A stretch of DNA of 64,000 nucleotides from Burkholderiales bacterium (GTDB lineage: Bacteria > Pseudomonadota > Gammaproteobacteria > Burkholderiales > SG8-39): positions 88,047 to 152,046 of the forward strand of contig JADGRQ010000006.1 in assembly GCA_017880775.1 (NCBI GenBank). The letters are read 5' to 3'. Below, piece after piece: positions 23,146 to 35,451 of this stretch (the first letter of the stretch is position 1; the number at the start of each line of letters is the position of its first letter). The position numbers and the translations under genes are program-made. Below the pieces are notes generated by a model. The model was given only the letters and a program-made list of their open reading frames with translations. It ran no database searches and was not told the DNA's origin.

Positions 23146-24474
23146 TCAACCGCGCTTCGCGTATGGATTCCTCCCCGTGCGAAATTCGATCGCCAGCGGT
23201 GTCCCTTCCAACGCAAACTGCTTGCGGAAATACCCCTCGAGATACCGCCGGTAGCTGTCCGGCACCCCATCGAGCGCATTGCCGTGAATTACGATGCGCG
23301 GCGGGTTCATCCCGCCCTGGTGGGCGTAACGCAGCTTCGGCCGCCCCATTCCCCGCCGCGGCGGTTGTTGCCGCTCGACCGCCGCGATCAGCGCGCGCGT
23401 GAGCTTCGGCGTCGGAAGCTTGGCCATCGCCGAGGCATACGCGCGATCAATCGCAGCGAGCAACTCGCTCAAACCCTTGCGTTCCAATGCCGAGAGATAC
23501 ACGGGCGGCGCATAGCCGAGAAACACCAGCTTCCACGCCAGTTCATGCTTCACGCGCTCGCGCGCCTCCTTGTCGGCAACATCCCATTTGTTCACGGCCA
23601 CCACCACCGCGCGGCCGCGCTCCAATATGTAGCCGGCGACGTGCGCATCCTGATCGGTGATGCCGCTCGCGGCATCGAGCACCAGCACCGCCACGTTCGA
23701 CGCCTCGATCGCCTGAAGCGCCTTGATCACCGAGAAATGCTCCTCGGCTTCGCCCTGTTTGCCGCGCCGGCGCAACCCCGCGGTGTCGATCAGCGTGTAC
23801 TTCCGGTCGCCGATCTCGAACGGCACTTCGATCGGATCGCGCGTCGTGCCCGGCTGGTCGAAAGCGATCACCCGGTTCTCGCCCACCAGGGCGTTCACCA
23901 GTGTGGACTTGCCGACGTTCGGTCGCCCGACGATCGCAACGCGCGGGCCGGCGTCCTCGCTGTCGACCGGCTCGCGCTCCTGCGAAAACGGCTCGAGCAC
24001 CGCTTCGAGCAGCGAGCGAACGCCGTCGCCGTGCGCAGCGGCAATCGGGTGCGGCTCGCCGAGCGCCAGCTCGTGGAACTCCGCGACCGCGGCATGCGGA
24101 TCGAGCCCCTCGGACTTGTTGACTGCGAGCCAGACGCGGCGGTCCAGCTTGCGCAATTTCTCCGCGATGGTCCGGTCGGCGGCCACGATGCCGCTGCGCG
24201 CATCGAGCACCCACACCACCGCGTCGGCCTCGGCGATCGCCTGTTCGGTCTGCCGTGCCATCTCGAAGTAGATGCCCTCCTTCGCGTCCGGCTCGAGCCC
24301 GCCGGTATCGACCGCCAGGAACGGCCGGTCGCCGAGCCGGCCCTCGCCGTAATGCCGGTCGCGCGTCACCCCCGGCGCATCCACGACGATCGCGTTGCGG
24401 CTCCTGGTCAGGCGATTGAACAGCGTCGACTTGCCGACGTTCGGCCGGCCGATGATGACGACGACAGGTTTCAT
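23146..24474 (-). CDS. der: ribosome-associated GTPase Der (EngA)
   Basis: Two tandem G domains ([12 protein letters not shown] and [12 protein letters not shown], each with DTAG and NKxD) plus a KH-like C-terminus. Trimmed to the start MKPVVVIIG. Confidence 0.92.
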   Translation of the reverse strand: MKPVVVIIGRPNVGKSTLFNRLTRSRNAIVVDAPGVTRDRHYGEGRLGDRPFLAVDTGGLEPDAKEGIYFEMARQTEQAIAEADAVVWVLDARSGIVAADRTIAEKLRKLDRRVWLAVNKSEGLDPHAAVAEFHELALGEPHPIAAAHGDGVRSLLEAVLEPFSQEREPVDSEDAGPRVAIVGRPNVGKSTLVNALVGENRVIAFDQPGTTRDPIEVPFEIGDRKYTLIDTAGLRRRGKQGEAEEHFSVIKALQAIEASNVAVLVLDAASGITDQDAHVAGYILERGRAVVVAVNKWDVADKEARERVKHELAWKLVFLGYAPPVYLSALERKGLSELLAAIDRAYASAMAKLPTPKLTRALIAAVERQQPPRRGMGRPKLRYAHQGGMNPPRIVIHGNALDGVPDSYRRYLEGYFRKQFALEGTPLAIEFRTGRNPYAKRG

Positions 24475-25631
24475 TGCGGCGCAAACGCGTACAGATTCCC
24501 CGCGCGCGTTTGCACCAGGAAACCGGTGAGCAGGCGCACTGGCGGGGCCGCAATGGCGGTGCCGTCGGTCGCCATGCGCCCGACGAAAGCGCCGGATTCG
24601 CGAGCGAGCAGGTGCACGTAACCCTGCAGGTCGCCGACGACGATTTCGCCGCCGACCGGCAGCGGCAGCGTGAGCCGCCGATGTGCGAGCCGGTCCTGTT
24701 TCCAGACGCTCTTGCCGCTCGTGCGGTCGAGCGCATGCACCGAGCCCTGGTCGTCGCTCACGAAGGCGAAACGCGCATCGAGGCTTGCGCCGTTCAACGC
24801 GGACAGATCGCGCGCCCAGACCGGGTTGCCGTTGGCCAGGTCGAAGCACGCGATGCGGCCCTGATAGGCTGCGGCGCACACTTCGCGCCCCTGGATCGCC
24901 GGATCGCCGCCCACATCGGTCACGCGCTCGAGCTCGGTCGCGCCCTTGGGCAGAGAAACCGTTCCTTCCCAGCGCGTCGCGCCGTTGGCCAGCCCGACCG
25001 CGACCAGCTTGCCTCCCGAGAAGCCCGCATAGACCGACCCCTCGTGCGCGGTCACGCCGGCCGGCGAGCGCACCGCCAGCGCCGAGGCCGCCCGCTGGTA
25101 GACCCAGCGGCGCTTGCCGTCGACCGCGTCAAACGCAAAGATCCGGCTGTCCGCGCTTCGCACCAGCACCAGCCCGGCGGCGAGTTTCGGCGCGGCGAGA
25201 ACCTCGGAGGACACACGCGCGCGCCACTTCGCGGCGCCGGACTGCGCGTCGAGCGCGATCACCTCGCCGACATCGGTCGCGACCACCGTGAGCGCGCCAT
25301 CGCTGCCGACGCCAGCCGAGAGCCGCGTGCCGGTGGCAACCCGCCACACGACCTTGCCGCTCTGCGCATCGAGACGCGCGACGCTGCCGTCGCGCGCGGC
25401 GACGTAAATCGAATCGCCTGCCAGCGCCGGGTTGAACACGAACGGCTCGGAACCGCCGATCGCAGCCTGCCACACCAGGCGCGCGTTCTGCGGATTGGTC
25501 AGCGGCGGCAGTTCCGCCGGCTTCGGAGCATTCGGCGCGGGGGAGAACCAGTCGATCGGATTCATGCTCGGCAGGCTCGAGCAGCCTGCGACGGCCAGCC
25601 CCGCCGTGAGCGCGAGCGCGATGCGCCTCAC
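24471..25631 (-). CDS. bamB: outer-membrane protein assembly factor BamB
   Basis: 386 aa with a lipoprotein signal (LAVAGCSS) and PQQ-like beta-propeller repeats. Conserved der-bamB-yfgM-hisS order. Confidence 0.88.
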   Translation of the reverse strand: MRRIALALTAGLAVAGCSSLPSMNPIDWFSPAPNAPKPAELPPLTNPQNARLVWQAAIGGSEPFVFNPALAGDSIYVAARDGSVARLDAQSGKVVWRVATGTRLSAGVGSDGALTVVATDVGEVIALDAQSGAAKWRARVSSEVLAAPKLAAGLVLVRSADSRIFAFDAVDGKRRWVYQRAASALAVRSPAGVTAHEGSVYAGFSGGKLVAVGLANGATRWEGTVSLPKGATELERVTDVGGDPAIQGREVCAAAYQGRIACFDLANGNPVWARDLSALNGASLDARFAFVSDDQGSVHALDRTSGKSVWKQDRLAHRRLTLPLPVGGEIVVGDLQGYVHLLARESGAFVGRMATDGTAIAAPPVRLLTGFLVQTRAGNLYAFAPQ

Positions 25632-25632
25632 G

Positions 25633-26274
25633 CTAGCCGCCCAGCGCGTCGAGCCGCATGTTCACGGCCTCGCGGAACGCGACGCTCTTCGGGTCGGACT
25701 TCTCGAGCGCGAGCTGGTATGCGGCTTTCGCTTCGGCGCGCTGGTTCTTCGCAAACAGCACATCGCCGCGCGCCGCGGCGAACTGCGCGTCGAAGGCCGC
25801 GCCAGGCGCCGCGTCGAGAACCTTGAGCGCTTCGTCGTAGGCCTTTTCGTCCAGCAGCACGTTGGCCAGCCGCAGGCGCGCAAGATCCTTCAGTTCCGGC
25901 GCATCCGCGCGCTCGATGACCGCCTCGAGCTGCGCGCGCGCAGCCTTCGGATCGGAGCGTTCAAAGTAGTACTTTGCCGCGAGCAGCGAGCCGAGTGAGG
26001 CGTAGCGCGTGCCGCCGAAGCGCTCGAGCAGCGCACCGTTCGCATCGCGCACCGCCTTGGCATCGCCGGTCTGCACTGCCTTTGCCAGCGTCTCATACAG
26101 GTCGCTCGCCTCGGCGGCGTGCCTGGATTGCCAGTAGCTCCAGCCCTGCCAGCCGAGGACTGCGAGCGCGGCGACCAGCAGTGCGGCAACGACCAGCGTT
26201 CCGTTCTGGTTCCACCAGGCCTTCAGTTCGGCCAGTTGCTCCTGCTCTTCGAGATCCAGGTTCTTCATGTTCAC
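25633..26274 (-). CDS. YfgM-family TPR-like membrane-anchored protein
   Basis: 213 aa. N-terminus EEQEQLAELKAWWNQNG followed by a single TM and a TPR-like C-domain, in the conserved position. Confidence 0.8.
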   Translation of the reverse strand: MNMKNLDLEEQEQLAELKAWWNQNGTLVVAALLVAALAVLGWQGWSYWQSRHAAEASDLYETLAKAVQTGDAKAVRDANGALLERFGGTRYASLGSLLAAKYYFERSDPKAARAQLEAVIERADAPELKDLARLRLANVLLDEKAYDEALKVLDAAPGAAFDAQFAAARGDVLFAKNQRAEAKAAYQLALEKSDPKSVAFREAVNMRLDALGG

Positions 26275-26296
26275 GCTCCCGCGTCACTGCCTTGGG

Positions 26297-27574
26297 TTAC
26301 GTCCGCTGTTTGCACAAATGGGGAAACTCGGCCGCCAGCCGCGCAAGCGGCACCCGCGCCTGGGCGCGTGCTTCGCGCAGTGGCTTCACGGTCACCTCAC
26401 CGGCCTTGAGTTCGTCTTCGCCGACGATCAGCGCGAGCTTCGCGCCGCTTGCGTCGGCCCTTTTCATCTGCGACTTGAAGCTGCCGCCGCCGCAGTGCTG
26501 GATCACCGCGAAGCCCGCGCACCGCAGCTCGCGCGCGATCTTCAGCGCCGCTTGCACGGCGCCCTCACCCTGGTGCACGACATAGGCGTCGGGCGGCGCA
26601 TCGCGCGGCTCGCGCCCGGCCTCCTGCATCAGTGCGATCAGGCGCTCGATGCCCATCGCGAAGCCGGCGGCCGGCGCGGGCTTTCCGCCGAGCTGCTCGA
26701 ACAGCCCGTCGTAGCGCCCGCCGCCGCACACCGTGCCTTGCGCGCCGAGCCGGTCGGACACCCATTCGAAAACCGTCAGGTTGTAGTAATCGAGCCCGCG
26801 CACCAGCCGCGGGCTAATGCTGTAGCCCACGCCCGCAGCCGCGAGCAGGCGTTTCAGTTCCGCGAAATGCCCGAGCGACGCATCGCCGAGGTATTCCATC
26901 AGCGGCGGCGCGGACTGCACCACCGCCTGCACCTGCGGATTTTTCGAGTCGAGCACGCGCAGCGGATTGGAATGCATGCGGCGTTTCGCGTCCGCGTCGA
27001 GCTGGTCGGCGTGCCGTTCGAGGTGCGCGATCAACGCGGCACGGTAACGCATGCGCTCGAGGCTTGAGCCGATCGTGTTCAGTTCGAGCCGGATGCCTCC
27101 CAGCCCCAGCTCGTCCCACAGCGCGGCGCACATCACTATCAGTTCGGCGTCCGCGTCTGGCCCGGCGAAGCCGAGCGCCTCGACGCCGTACTGATGGAAC
27201 TGGCGGTAGCGGCCCTTCTGCGGGCGTTCGTGCCGGTACATCGGGCCGGCGTACCACAGGCGCTTGGGACCGTCGTGCAGCAGGTGGTGCTCGATCGCGG
27301 CGCGCACGCAGGACGCGGTCGCCTCCGGGCGCAACGTGAGGTCCTCGCCGTTCAGCTCGTCGCGCCAGGAATACATTTCCTTTTCGACGATGTCGGTCGA
27401 TTCCCCGACCGCGCGGCGGAACAGCTGCGTCGGCTCGACCAGCGGCATGCGGATGTTGCGGTAGCCGTGGCGCGCAAGCCAGCCCCGCACGATGGCCTCG
27501 AAATCGAGCCACCAGCACGCCTCGGCCGGCAGGATGTCGTTCATGCCGCGCACAGCCTGCAGCGGCGCGCTCAT
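26297..27574 (-). CDS. hisS: histidine--tRNA ligase
   Basis: Start [16 protein letters not shown]. Class II aaRS motifs present ([24 protein letters not shown]). The ATGA overlaps the ispG stop. Trimmed from track ORF 26297..28675. Confidence 0.92.
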   Translation of the reverse strand: MSAPLQAVRGMNDILPAEACWWLDFEAIVRGWLARHGYRNIRMPLVEPTQLFRRAVGESTDIVEKEMYSWRDELNGEDLTLRPEATASCVRAAIEHHLLHDGPKRLWYAGPMYRHERPQKGRYRQFHQYGVEALGFAGPDADAELIVMCAALWDELGLGGIRLELNTIGSSLERMRYRAALIAHLERHADQLDADAKRRMHSNPLRVLDSKNPQVQAVVQSAPPLMEYLGDASLGHFAELKRLLAAAGVGYSISPRLVRGLDYYNLTVFEWVSDRLGAQGTVCGGGRYDGLFEQLGGKPAPAAGFAMGIERLIALMQEAGREPRDAPPDAYVVHQGEGAVQAALKIARELRCAGFAVIQHCGGGSFKSQMKRADASGAKLALIVGEDELKAGEVTVKPLREARAQARVPLARLAAEFPHLCKQRT

Positions 27575-28824
27575 GCTGCAGACTTGATAGAGATGTTCTT
27601 GCGTTTCCCATAGCGATTGGCGACGTAGTTTTCGACAATCGCCTGGAACTCCTCCGCGATACGCATGCCCTTCAGCGTCACCGTTCTTGCGCCATCGACG
27701 TACACCGGCGCTACAGGAACTTCGTTGGTGCCCGGCAGGCTGATGCCGATGTCGGCGTGCTTGGACTCGCCCGGCCCGTTTACCACGCAACCCATGACGG
27801 CAACCCGCATCTCCTCCACGCCCGGATAGCGCTCGCGCCATACCGGCATCTGCCCGCGCAGGTAGGTCTGGATCTTGTCGGCCAGTTCCTGGAACACCGT
27901 GCTGGTGGTACGCCCGCACCCGGGGCACGCGATCACCATCGGCGCGAAACTGCGCAGGCCCATCGTCTGCAGCAGCTCCTGCGCCACCAGCACCTCGCGA
28001 GAGCGCTCGCCGCCCGGCTCGGGGGTGAGCGAAACGCGAATCGTGTCGCCAATGCCCTCCTGCAGCAGCACCGCCATCGCCGCGCTCGACGCGACGATGC
28101 CCTTCGACCCCATTCCCGCCTCGGTGAGACCCAGGTGCAGCGCGTAATCGCAGCGCTGTGCCAGCTCGCGGTACACCGCAATCAGGTCCTGCACGCCGCT
28201 CACCTTGCAGGAGATGACGATGCGCTCCGGCGGCAGGCCCCATTGCGCGGCCTGCTGCGCGGATTCCAGCGCGGAGGCGATCAGCGCCTCGCGCATCACT
28301 TCGGCCGCCTCGAGCGGCGCCGGACGGCGGCCGTTCTCGTTCATCAGGCGCGCAAGCAGCTCCGGATCGAGACTGCCCCAGTTGACGCCGATGCGCACCG
28401 GCTTTTCGTTGCGGCAGGCAGCCTCGATCATGGTGGCGAACTGTTCGTCGCGCTTGCGGCCCTGGCCGACATTGCCCGGGTTGATGCGGTATTTCGCCAG
28501 CGCGCGTGCGCAGTCCGGATACTGCGTCAGCAGGCGATGGCCGTTGTAATGAAAATCGCCGATCAGCGGAACGCCGCAACCCAGCGCGTCGAGCCGTTCG
28601 CGCAGCGGGGCGACCGCCGCCGCCGCTTCGGGGGTATTGACGGTGACGCGTACCAGCTCCGACCCCGCGCGCCACAGGGCGTGGACCTGCTCGGCCGTCG
28701 CGCGCGCATCCGCGGTATCGGTGTTGGTCATCGACTGCACCACGATCGGCGCGCCGCCCCCGATCGCGACCCCGCCGACGTTGACCCGGCGCGACCCCCT
28801 GCGCCTCAATGCGTTGCCGGACAC
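27571..28824 (-). CDS. ispG: 4-hydroxy-3-methylbut-2-en-1-yl diphosphate synthase
   Basis: 417 aa with [17 protein letters not shown] and GCVVNGPGE Fe-S ligand motifs. Confidence 0.92.
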   Translation of the reverse strand: MSGNALRRRGSRRVNVGGVAIGGGAPIVVQSMTNTDTADARATAEQVHALWRAGSELVRVTVNTPEAAAAVAPLRERLDALGCGVPLIGDFHYNGHRLLTQYPDCARALAKYRINPGNVGQGRKRDEQFATMIEAACRNEKPVRIGVNWGSLDPELLARLMNENGRRPAPLEAAEVMREALIASALESAQQAAQWGLPPERIVISCKVSGVQDLIAVYRELAQRCDYALHLGLTEAGMGSKGIVASSAAMAVLLQEGIGDTIRVSLTPEPGGERSREVLVAQELLQTMGLRSFAPMVIACPGCGRTTSTVFQELADKIQTYLRGQMPVWRERYPGVEEMRVAVMGCVVNGPGESKHADIGISLPGTNEVPVAPVYVDGARTVTLKGMRIAEEFQAIVENYVANRYGKRKNISIKSAA

Positions 28825-28828
28825 GGGA

Positions 28829-29662
28829 TCATTCGAGGGTGAAGCGCGCGACCTCGACCTTGACGTGCGGCATCAGGTCGATCGGGCGGTCCTCGTAGGT
28901 GAGCGTCACGTGCTGCGCGTTGCCGATCACCACTTCGAACGGCGGCACGCCCTCGATCGCCTGTTCGCTGCCGGCGGGATTCAACTGCGAAATCAGCCTG
29001 CGGCCGGCGCGGTCGGTGATCTCGACCCACGATTCCCGCCCGAAGCTGAGGTTGATCCTGCGCTGCGCGCGCGCGGGCGTCGGGTTCGGGCTCGGCTGCG
29101 CCTCGGTCTCGGCGGCCGCGATCACCGGCGTCGCCGCGATGCTGGAAACCATCGTCTGCGGAGCTGGCGGCGTCTGCGCCGCGGGCACGAATTCGAGCTT
29201 CGCCGCGCGCCCGTTGTCGCGCATCCATTCGAACGCGAGCACTCCCACCGCGATGAGGACCCCGACGGAAATCAGCAGGTAGGCGAGGTTTAGCCTGCGC
29301 GCGCCGTCGGCGAAGGGCACCGGATCGGGTAACACGACCGCCTGTTCGGGCATCGCCGTCGCGCTTGAGCGCTCGCCCAGCGCGGCGAGCATCGGCGCCG
29401 CATCGAGCCTGAGCAGCCGCGCGTAGTTGCGCAGCATCCCGCGGGCAAAAGTCCCGGGCGGCAGGCGTGCGAAATCGCCGGCTTCGAGCGCCTCGATCTG
29501 GCGCGGTGCGAGCTTGAGCTGCTGCGCGACATCCTCCACCGAGAGCCCGAGCACCTGTCGCTGGCGCGCGAACTGCGCAAACGGGCTCTCGGCCGCGCGC
29601 AGATCGTCCGGCATCGGCGCGTCCGGCTCGGAGTTGCGGTCGGTCGCCTGTTCGCCGGACAT
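28829..29662 (-). CDS. rodZ: RodZ-like cytoskeleton-associated HTH membrane protein
   Basis: N-terminal XRE-type HTH ([23 protein letters not shown]), one TM ([19 protein letters not shown]) and a C-terminal DUF4115-like domain. Conserved position. Confidence 0.8.
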   Translation of the reverse strand: MSGEQATDRNSEPDAPMPDDLRAAESPFAQFARQRQVLGLSVEDVAQQLKLAPRQIEALEAGDFARLPPGTFARGMLRNYARLLRLDAAPMLAALGERSSATAMPEQAVVLPDPVPFADGARRLNLAYLLISVGVLIAVGVLAFEWMRDNGRAAKLEFVPAAQTPPAPQTMVSSIAATPVIAAAETEAQPSPNPTPARAQRRINLSFGRESWVEITDRAGRRLISQLNPAGSEQAIEGVPPFEVVIGNAQHVTLTYEDRPIDLMPHVKVEVARFTLE

Positions 29663-30466
29663 TCAGTCGTACTCGCCGCGCTGCAGGGACTGGTATTCGC
29701 TCGACGCGGCGAAGTGGCGCCGCAGCTGATTGGCGAAAACCGTCTCCGCGTTCTTGTCGCGGAGGCGGCGCTCGATGCGCAGCGCAAGCCACAGCGATTC
29801 CGCGCTCGGTTCAACCAGCCGGTTGGCGCGCGCGACAAACTTGCGCGCGTCCTCGTAGCGTCCGTTGCGGTAGTGGATCTGGCCGAGTTTCAGCAGCGAC
29901 ACCGGTTCGTCGGGCTCGAGCGCAAGCGCGCTCTCGAAATACCCTTGCGCATCTTTCAGATTGTCCTTCTGCAGCGAGCATTGCCCCGCTGCGGCGTAAG
30001 ACTTCCACGGCGTCGGATACAGCGGGTTGCGAACCGCCTGCAGGAAATACCGGATCGACGCGTTTTCGCGGCCGGTCTGGCACAGGTACCAGGCGTAATT
30101 GTGATTGATGTCGGGATCGGTCGGCGCGAGCTGCAGCGCGCGGTCGAAGTTCTGCTCAGCAAGCCCTTTCTCCTTCAACTGCATGTACACCAGCCCGAAC
30201 ATGCTGTAGGCCGGCGCATAGGTCGAATCGGCCTGCAACGCGAGGCGCAGCTCCTCGAGCGCGACGCCCATGTTGCCCCGGCCGTAATACAGCGATGCCA
30301 GCTCGGTGCGGATACGCGCGCGGTTGCGCGGGTCGCTGGCTTCGCCGCTCGGAGTGCCGCCCTGCGCGAGGACCGGACTTTCGCTCGCCGGCTGCGTGCC
30401 CGCGCATCCCGCGGCAAGGGCGATGGCGATGCATGGGGCGAGCGCGACCAGAAAAAAGCGTTTCAT
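29663..30466 (-). CDS. pilF: type IV pilus biogenesis/stability TPR lipoprotein PilF/PilW
   Basis: Start [21 protein letters not shown] (lipobox) followed by TPR repeats. Lies between rlmN and rodZ as in other beta/gamma-proteobacteria. Trimmed from 29663..30709. Confidence 0.8.
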   Translation of the reverse strand: MKRFFLVALAPCIAIALAAGCAGTQPASESPVLAQGGTPSGEASDPRNRARIRTELASLYYGRGNMGVALEELRLALQADSTYAPAYSMFGLVYMQLKEKGLAEQNFDRALQLAPTDPDINHNYAWYLCQTGRENASIRYFLQAVRNPLYPTPWKSYAAAGQCSLQKDNLKDAQGYFESALALEPDEPVSLLKLGQIHYRNGRYEDARKFVARANRLVEPSAESLWLALRIERRLRDKNAETVFANQLRRHFAASSEYQSLQRGEYD

Positions 30467-31575
30467 GCGCGTTGCTCCGTGAGCACGACGGTCTTCGGCA
30501 TCCGCGCCGCGCTGCGCCGCGTGCGGTCGGTGACATCGCCGGCGAGCTGGCCGCATGCGGCGTCGACGTCGTCGCCGCGCGTGCGGCGCGTCGTCACGGT
30601 CAGGCCATCGCGCGCGAGCACCTCGGCGAAGCGGCGTATGCGCTCGGGGGCGGAGCGGCGGAACTCCGCGCCCGGAAACGGATTGAACGGAATCAGATTG
30701 AATTTGCACTTCACCTGGCGGGCGATCCCGAGCAGCGCGCGCGCATGCGCCTCGCTATCGTTCACGCCGTCGAGCATCACGTACTCGAACGTGATGAAAT
30801 CGCGCGGCGCCGCGTCGAGGTAGCGCCGGCAGGCCTTCATCAGCTCGCGCAACGGGTAGCGGCGGTTGACCGGCACCAGCCGGTCGCGCAGGTCATCGCT
30901 CGGCGCGTGCAGCGACACAGCGAGCGCCACCGGACACTCCTCGCGCAGCCTGTCGATGCCGGGAATCACCCCGGAGGTGGAAACCGTCACGCGCCGGCGT
31001 GAAAGCCCGTAGGCATTGTCATCGAGCATCAGGCGCAGCGCCGGAATGACGTTGTCCAGATTGAGGCAGGGCTCGCCCATGCCCATCATCACGACGTTCG
31101 TAATGTGCCGGTGATCCGCCCCATGCTTGGCAGGCGCGCCGAGCATCCGGTTCGCAAGCCAAAGCTGGCCGATGATCTCGGCGGTCGTGAGGTTGCGGCT
31201 GAACCCCTGTTTGCCGGTGGAGCAGAACGCGCAATCCAGCGTGCATCCCGCCTGGCTCGAGACGCACAGCGTGCCCCGCCGCGGCTCGGGAATGAACACC
31301 GCCTCGACGGCGTTGGCGCCATCGACCTTCAGCAGCCACTTGCGCGTGCCGTCCGCAGAAACCGAGTCGCCGACGACCGTCGGCGGCACGACGCGCGCGT
31401 CGGCTTCGAGCTTGCCGCGCAGGCCCTTGGCGAGGTCGCTCATCTGCGCGAACTCGGCGGCGCCGCGCTGGTGCACCCAGCGCAGCAACTGTCGCGCGCG
31501 GAACGGTTTTTCGCCGAGCCCGGCGAAATAGCGCTCCAGCGCGACGGCGTCGAGGTCGAGCAGATTCTGTTTCAT
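30463..31575 (-). CDS. rlmN: 23S rRNA (A2503-C2) / tRNA methyltransferase RlmN (radical SAM)
   Basis: Start [16 protein letters not shown] radical-SAM cluster motif (CxxxCxxC context [16 protein letters not shown]) and C-terminal [11 protein letters not shown]. Confidence 0.92.
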   Translation of the reverse strand: MKQNLLDLDAVALERYFAGLGEKPFRARQLLRWVHQRGAAEFAQMSDLAKGLRGKLEADARVVPPTVVGDSVSADGTRKWLLKVDGANAVEAVFIPEPRRGTLCVSSQAGCTLDCAFCSTGKQGFSRNLTTAEIIGQLWLANRMLGAPAKHGADHRHITNVVMMGMGEPCLNLDNVIPALRLMLDDNAYGLSRRRVTVSTSGVIPGIDRLREECPVALAVSLHAPSDDLRDRLVPVNRRYPLRELMKACRRYLDAAPRDFITFEYVMLDGVNDSEAHARALLGIARQVKCKFNLIPFNPFPGAEFRRSAPERIRRFAEVLARDGLTVTTRRTRGDDVDAACGQLAGDVTDRTRRSAARMPKTVVLTEQRA

Positions 31576-32000
31576 CGCCCCGCGAATACCTCGCAGACGG
31601 GGAAAAAATAGCCGATCTCGGTGCGCGCCGTGTCCGCACCGTCCGAGCCATGCACCGCGTTGGCGTCGATCGAATCCGCGAAATCCGCGCGGATGGTGCC
31701 TTTGGCGGCCTTTTTCGGGTCGGTCGCGCCCATCAGTTCGCGGTTCTTCGCGATCGCGCCATCGCCTTCGAGCACCTGCACGATTACTGGGCCCGACGTC
31801 ATGAAATCGCACAGGTCCCGGAAGAATGGCCGCTCACGGTGCACCGCGTAGAAACCTTCCGCCTGGGCGTTCGACAGGTGCATCATCCGCGCGGCGACGA
31901 TCTTCAGCCCGGCGGCCTCAAAACGCGCCAGGATGCTCCCGATCGCGTTTTTCGTTACCGCGTCCGGCTTGATGATGGACAGGGTTTGTTCGACCGCCAT
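31572..32000 (-). CDS. ndk: nucleoside-diphosphate kinase
   Basis: 142 aa with [15 protein letters not shown] and the NAVHGSD active-site His. Confidence 0.95.
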   Translation of the reverse strand: MAVEQTLSIIKPDAVTKNAIGSILARFEAAGLKIVAARMMHLSNAQAEGFYAVHRERPFFRDLCDFMTSGPVIVQVLEGDGAIAKNRELMGATDPKKAAKGTIRADFADSIDANAVHGSDGADTARTEIGYFFPVCEVFAGR

Positions 32001-32280
32001 CTGTAACGTTCTCCATAAGCAAAATACTTAACTGGAAATGATACCACGACAGGTGGTTGACCTTTGTAAAAACAACGGCTTGGGTGGTGGGTCAGTTTGG
32101 AAATCAGGCCGGATTCAGCCATCCATCGGGGTCCAGCCCATGATGGTCAAAACAGGGGGATTCCAATGGAACTACTTGACCGACTTTATGCGCGGTGGCC
32201 GGTGTGACCTGACCAGACGATTACGATTGCCGGCACCGCAACGGAATGGACTGACGAGCAAAAAAAGAAGATTGCCGCGT

Positions 32281-32526
32281 TTAAGACTTAAGTTTTTCCC
32301 AGCGCACGGTTGCCGCCTTCTTAGCGATCTGAGCGCGTTTGGCCGGGCTTAGGGCCTCTGCCCTAGCCTTTCCCCCCTTGAGGCCACCCAAGCGCCCTAG
32401 CGCCACAGCAGCCGGGTTCTTGATTCCCTTCTTGGTCAATGTCGCTGGCGTTCCAACAGCGGCTTCCAAGATCGAGGCAGCGAGTTGGTTTATGTCCTGC
32501 TTTGGCTTGCTTGAGCGTTTAGGCAT
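32281..32526 (-). CDS. small basic protein with a KGG/ARW-type C-terminal motif, function unknown
   Basis: 81 aa, Lys/Ala-rich. LGRLGGLKGGKARAEALSPAKRAQIAKKAATVRW resembles small proteins I have seen in prophage and island contexts. It lies in an AT-richer pocket between ndk and tilS. Confidence 0.5.
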   Translation of the reverse strand: MPKRSSKPKQDINQLAASILEAAVGTPATLTKKGIKNPAAVALGRLGGLKGGKARAEALSPAKRAQIAKKAATVRWEKLKS

Positions 32527-32596
32527 ACGTGCATGCTATCACGCACCGCGCTTGTGAATAGCTTTGAAACAGTCAAACTGACCCACTACCCGTTGG

Positions 32597-33871
32597 TCAG
32601 GCGCGAATCCACTCGGGCAGCACGCCCTTGCCGCGCGCACTCACCTGCCAGTCGGCACTCACGCCCAACCCCGGCACCCACACGAGCGCTTCGCCGCAAT
32701 AGACCATCGGCAGCCGCTCGCGTTCCCATGGCGCGATTCCCGCCTCCTGGAACAGATTCTTGAGCGTCCGGCGCGGCCGGCCGGCGGCGACGCGAAAGCG
32801 CTCGCCGCCGCCGCGCAGCCGCACCTCAAGCCCGAGCGCAGCGATCCGCGCCGCATCGATCCCCGCGCCCGAACACCGGTGGAAGCGCAGCTCACCGCCG
32901 AGGGCAGCCAGACGCAGCGCGCGCTCTCCGCGCCACGCGAGAGACTCGAATCCCGCAGCCGGTTTTGTTTCCGCCACCTGCACGGCACCGCGCCATGCGC
33001 GCAACACTGCGCCGTCGTGCGTGATCTCGGTGCGCGCGTCCGGACGCGCGCCGCCGAGCTGACGCAGCATCTCCACCAGCTTCGCTTCGCTCGGCGCGCG
33101 CATGCCGCGCGCGGCGAGGAACTCCCTCAGCAAGGTTCGTTCGCCTGCGTCGACGCGCCCGAAATGACCGGCGGCGCGCGCCAACGCCTCGCGCCAGCGC
33201 GGCCAGCGCTCGTCCAGAAGCGGTCCGATCCTGTGCCGCAGGAAATTGCGCGCGAGGCGCTCATCGGCGTTCGTTTCATCCTCGATCCACGCGAGGCCTC
33301 GCCGCTTCGCGTAGGCAGCGACGTCGGCGCGCGAAACACCCAGCAGCGGCCGGACCGCGATCACCGTGGCGGCGGAATTCCCGGGGAGTGCGCCGGTCTC
33401 GGGCATCGCCGCGGCGCCGCGTGCTCCGGCGCCGCGCAGCAGGTTGAGCAGCACCGTTTCGGCCTGGTCATCGCACTGGTGCGCAAGCACCACGCAATCG
33501 GTTTGTGCGCGCGCGAGCGCCGCGTATCGCGCCTCACGCGCCGCGGCCTCGATGCCCTTGCCGCGCCGCGCACCGAGTGCGACGCGTCTCACCGTAAGCG
33601 GCACGCGCAAGCGGGCGCACAGCGCGCGGCAGAACCTCTCCCAGCGGTGCGCGTTCGGGCTGATGCGATGATTGACGTGCATCGCACTTAACGCGATGTC
33701 CATGCCCGGCGCAAGCGCGCGGAGCACGTCGAGCAGCACCACCGAATCGATGCCTCCGGAAAGCGCGACTGCGACGCGCCTGTTCTGCAATCGCGCGCGC
33801 ACCAGCGCCGCGCGCACGGCCGCATGCAGCGGATCGTGCCTAGCGCTCGCCGGCTTCCTTGAACCTGCCAT
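32597..33871 (-). CDS. tilS: tRNA(Ile)-lysidine synthase
   Basis: 424 aa with the PP-loop [13 protein letters not shown]. Conserved accA-tilS order, with a 32-nt overlap with accA. Confidence 0.88.
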   Translation of the reverse strand: MAGSRKPASARHDPLHAAVRAALVRARLQNRRVAVALSGGIDSVVLLDVLRALAPGMDIALSAMHVNHRISPNAHRWERFCRALCARLRVPLTVRRVALGARRGKGIEAAAREARYAALARAQTDCVVLAHQCDDQAETVLLNLLRGAGARGAAAMPETGALPGNSAATVIAVRPLLGVSRADVAAYAKRRGLAWIEDETNADERLARNFLRHRIGPLLDERWPRWREALARAAGHFGRVDAGERTLLREFLAARGMRAPSEAKLVEMLRQLGGARPDARTEITHDGAVLRAWRGAVQVAETKPAAGFESLAWRGERALRLAALGGELRFHRCSGAGIDAARIAALGLEVRLRGGGERFRVAAGRPRRTLKNLFQEAGIAPWERERLPMVYCGEALVWVPGLGVSADWQVSARGKGVLPEWIRA

Positions 33872-34808
33872 AGCCCATCAGGCGCTCGAGCCGATGCTCG
33901 ACCAGCCGGTCGGGCTTCATGCCTGAGAGCTGCTTGAACGCCTCGGCCAGCGCCTTCTTGAGCGCCTGGGCAGTGGCCTGCGGATCGCGGTGCGCGCCGC
34001 CAAGCGGTTCGCCGACGATCTTGTCGATCAGCTCGAGCGTCTTCAGGCGGCCGGCGGTGATGCCGAGCGTCTCGGCGGCTTCGGGCGCCTTGGCGGCGTC
34101 CTTCCACAGGATCGCCGCGCAGCCTTCCGGGGAGATCACCGAATAGGTCGCGTACTGCAGCATGATCACGACGTCGGCGACCGCAATCGCAAGCGCGCCC
34201 CCCGAGCCGCCCTCGCCGATCACCGTGCTGATGATCGGGGTGCGCAGTCTCGCCATCTCGAACAGATTGCGGCCGATCGCCTCCGACTGCCCGCGCTCCT
34301 CGGCATCGATGCCCGGATAGGCGCCGGGCGTGTCGACGAAGGTAAACACCGGCAAGCCGAATTTCTCCGCCAGCTTCATCACGCGCAGCGCCTTGCGGTA
34401 GCCTTCCGGGCGCGGCATGCCGAAGTTGCGCAGGATCTTCTCCTTGGTATCGCGCCCCTTCTGGTGGCCGATCACCGCGCACGCCTCGCCGTTGAAGCGC
34501 GCCAGCCCCGCGACGATCGAAGCGTCCTCGGCAAACAAGCGATCGCCGTGCAGCTCCTCGAAATGCGTGAACAGCATTGCCACGTAGTCGAGCGTATAGG
34601 GCCGCTGCGGATGGCGCGCGACCTGCGCCACCTGCCACGGCGTCAGTTTGGCGTAGATGACCTTGGTGAGCGCCTGGCTCTTTTTCTGCAGGCGCGCGAT
34701 CTCCCCCGAGATATCCACCGCCGAGTCGTCCTGCGCAAAACGCAGCTCCTCGATGCGGCCTTCGAGTTCGGCGATCGGCTGCTCGAAAGCGAGGAAGGTG
34801 GTTTTCAT
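33840..34808 (-). CDS. accA: acetyl-CoA carboxylase carboxyltransferase subunit alpha
   Basis: 322 aa: [23 protein letters not shown]...[22 protein letters not shown]. Confidence 0.93.
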   Translation of the reverse strand: MKTTFLAFEQPIAELEGRIEELRFAQDDSAVDISGEIARLQKKSQALTKVIYAKLTPWQVAQVARHPQRPYTLDYVAMLFTHFEELHGDRLFAEDASIVAGLARFNGEACAVIGHQKGRDTKEKILRNFGMPRPEGYRKALRVMKLAEKFGLPVFTFVDTPGAYPGIDAEERGQSEAIGRNLFEMARLRTPIISTVIGEGGSGGALAIAVADVVIMLQYATYSVISPEGCAAILWKDAAKAPEAAETLGITAGRLKTLELIDKIVGEPLGGAHRDPQATAQALKKALAEAFKQLSGMKPDRLVEHRLERLMGYGRFKEAGER

Positions 34809-34826
34809 GGCGGCAGGATTTTAAAC

Positions 34827-35444
34827 CTAGTATTCGACTGGCACCGGATCGAGGCTGCGCCACAGGTACCACGTCGCAACCGAGCGGTACGGCGCCCAGG
34901 TCGCGCCGAGCTTGCGCATGCGCGCGAGCGAGACCTTGCGCCCCCCGAAATAGTGCAGGCGCAATGCCTTCTGCAGGCCGAGGTCGTCGAGCGGAAACAC
35001 GTCGGGGCGCAGCAGGTTGAACATCAGGAACATCTCCGCGGTCCAGCGGCCGATGCCGCGCACCCGCACCAACTCCGCGATCACCGCCTCGTCGTCCATC
35101 TGCGGCCAGCGCGCCACCTGGGCGGTGCCGTCCGCGAAATGCACCGCGAGGTCGGCAATGTACTCGACCTTGCGATGCGAAAGACCGCAGCCGCGCAGCG
35201 TGGCGCGCTCGAGCGCGAGTACCGCGCCGGGAGTCATCTCCGATGCCGCCGCGGCCAGCCGGTCCCAGACGCTTTGCGCCGCTTTCACCGAGATCTGCTG
35301 GCCGACGATCGCGCGCGCAAGCGTAAAGAACGGTTCGCCACGGCGTGTCAGCGCAACCTTCGGATGGGCGCGCACGATTGCCGCCATGATCGGATCCTTG
35401 CGCGCCAATGCGCGCTTGCCCTTTGTCCAGTAATCGGGCGTCAC
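34827..35444 (-). CDS. DNA-3-methyladenine glycosylase II-like HhH-GPD glycosylase
   Basis: 205 aa with HhH-GPD hallmarks (VRGIGRWTAEMFLMF, PLDDLGLQKAL). Confidence 0.75.
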   Translation of the reverse strand: MTPDYWTKGKRALARKDPIMAAIVRAHPKVALTRRGEPFFTLARAIVGQQISVKAAQSVWDRLAAAASEMTPGAVLALERATLRGCGLSHRKVEYIADLAVHFADGTAQVARWPQMDDEAVIAELVRVRGIGRWTAEMFLMFNLLRPDVFPLDDLGLQKALRLHYFGGRKVSLARMRKLGATWAPYRSVATWYLWRSLDPVPVEY

Positions 35445-35451
35445 GCGCAGT

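Noticed and set aside
32038-32352. 104-aa plus-strand ORF in the ndk upstream region
   Set aside because: It has no SD, an odd composition, and overlaps the better-supported minus-strand 81-aa gene.
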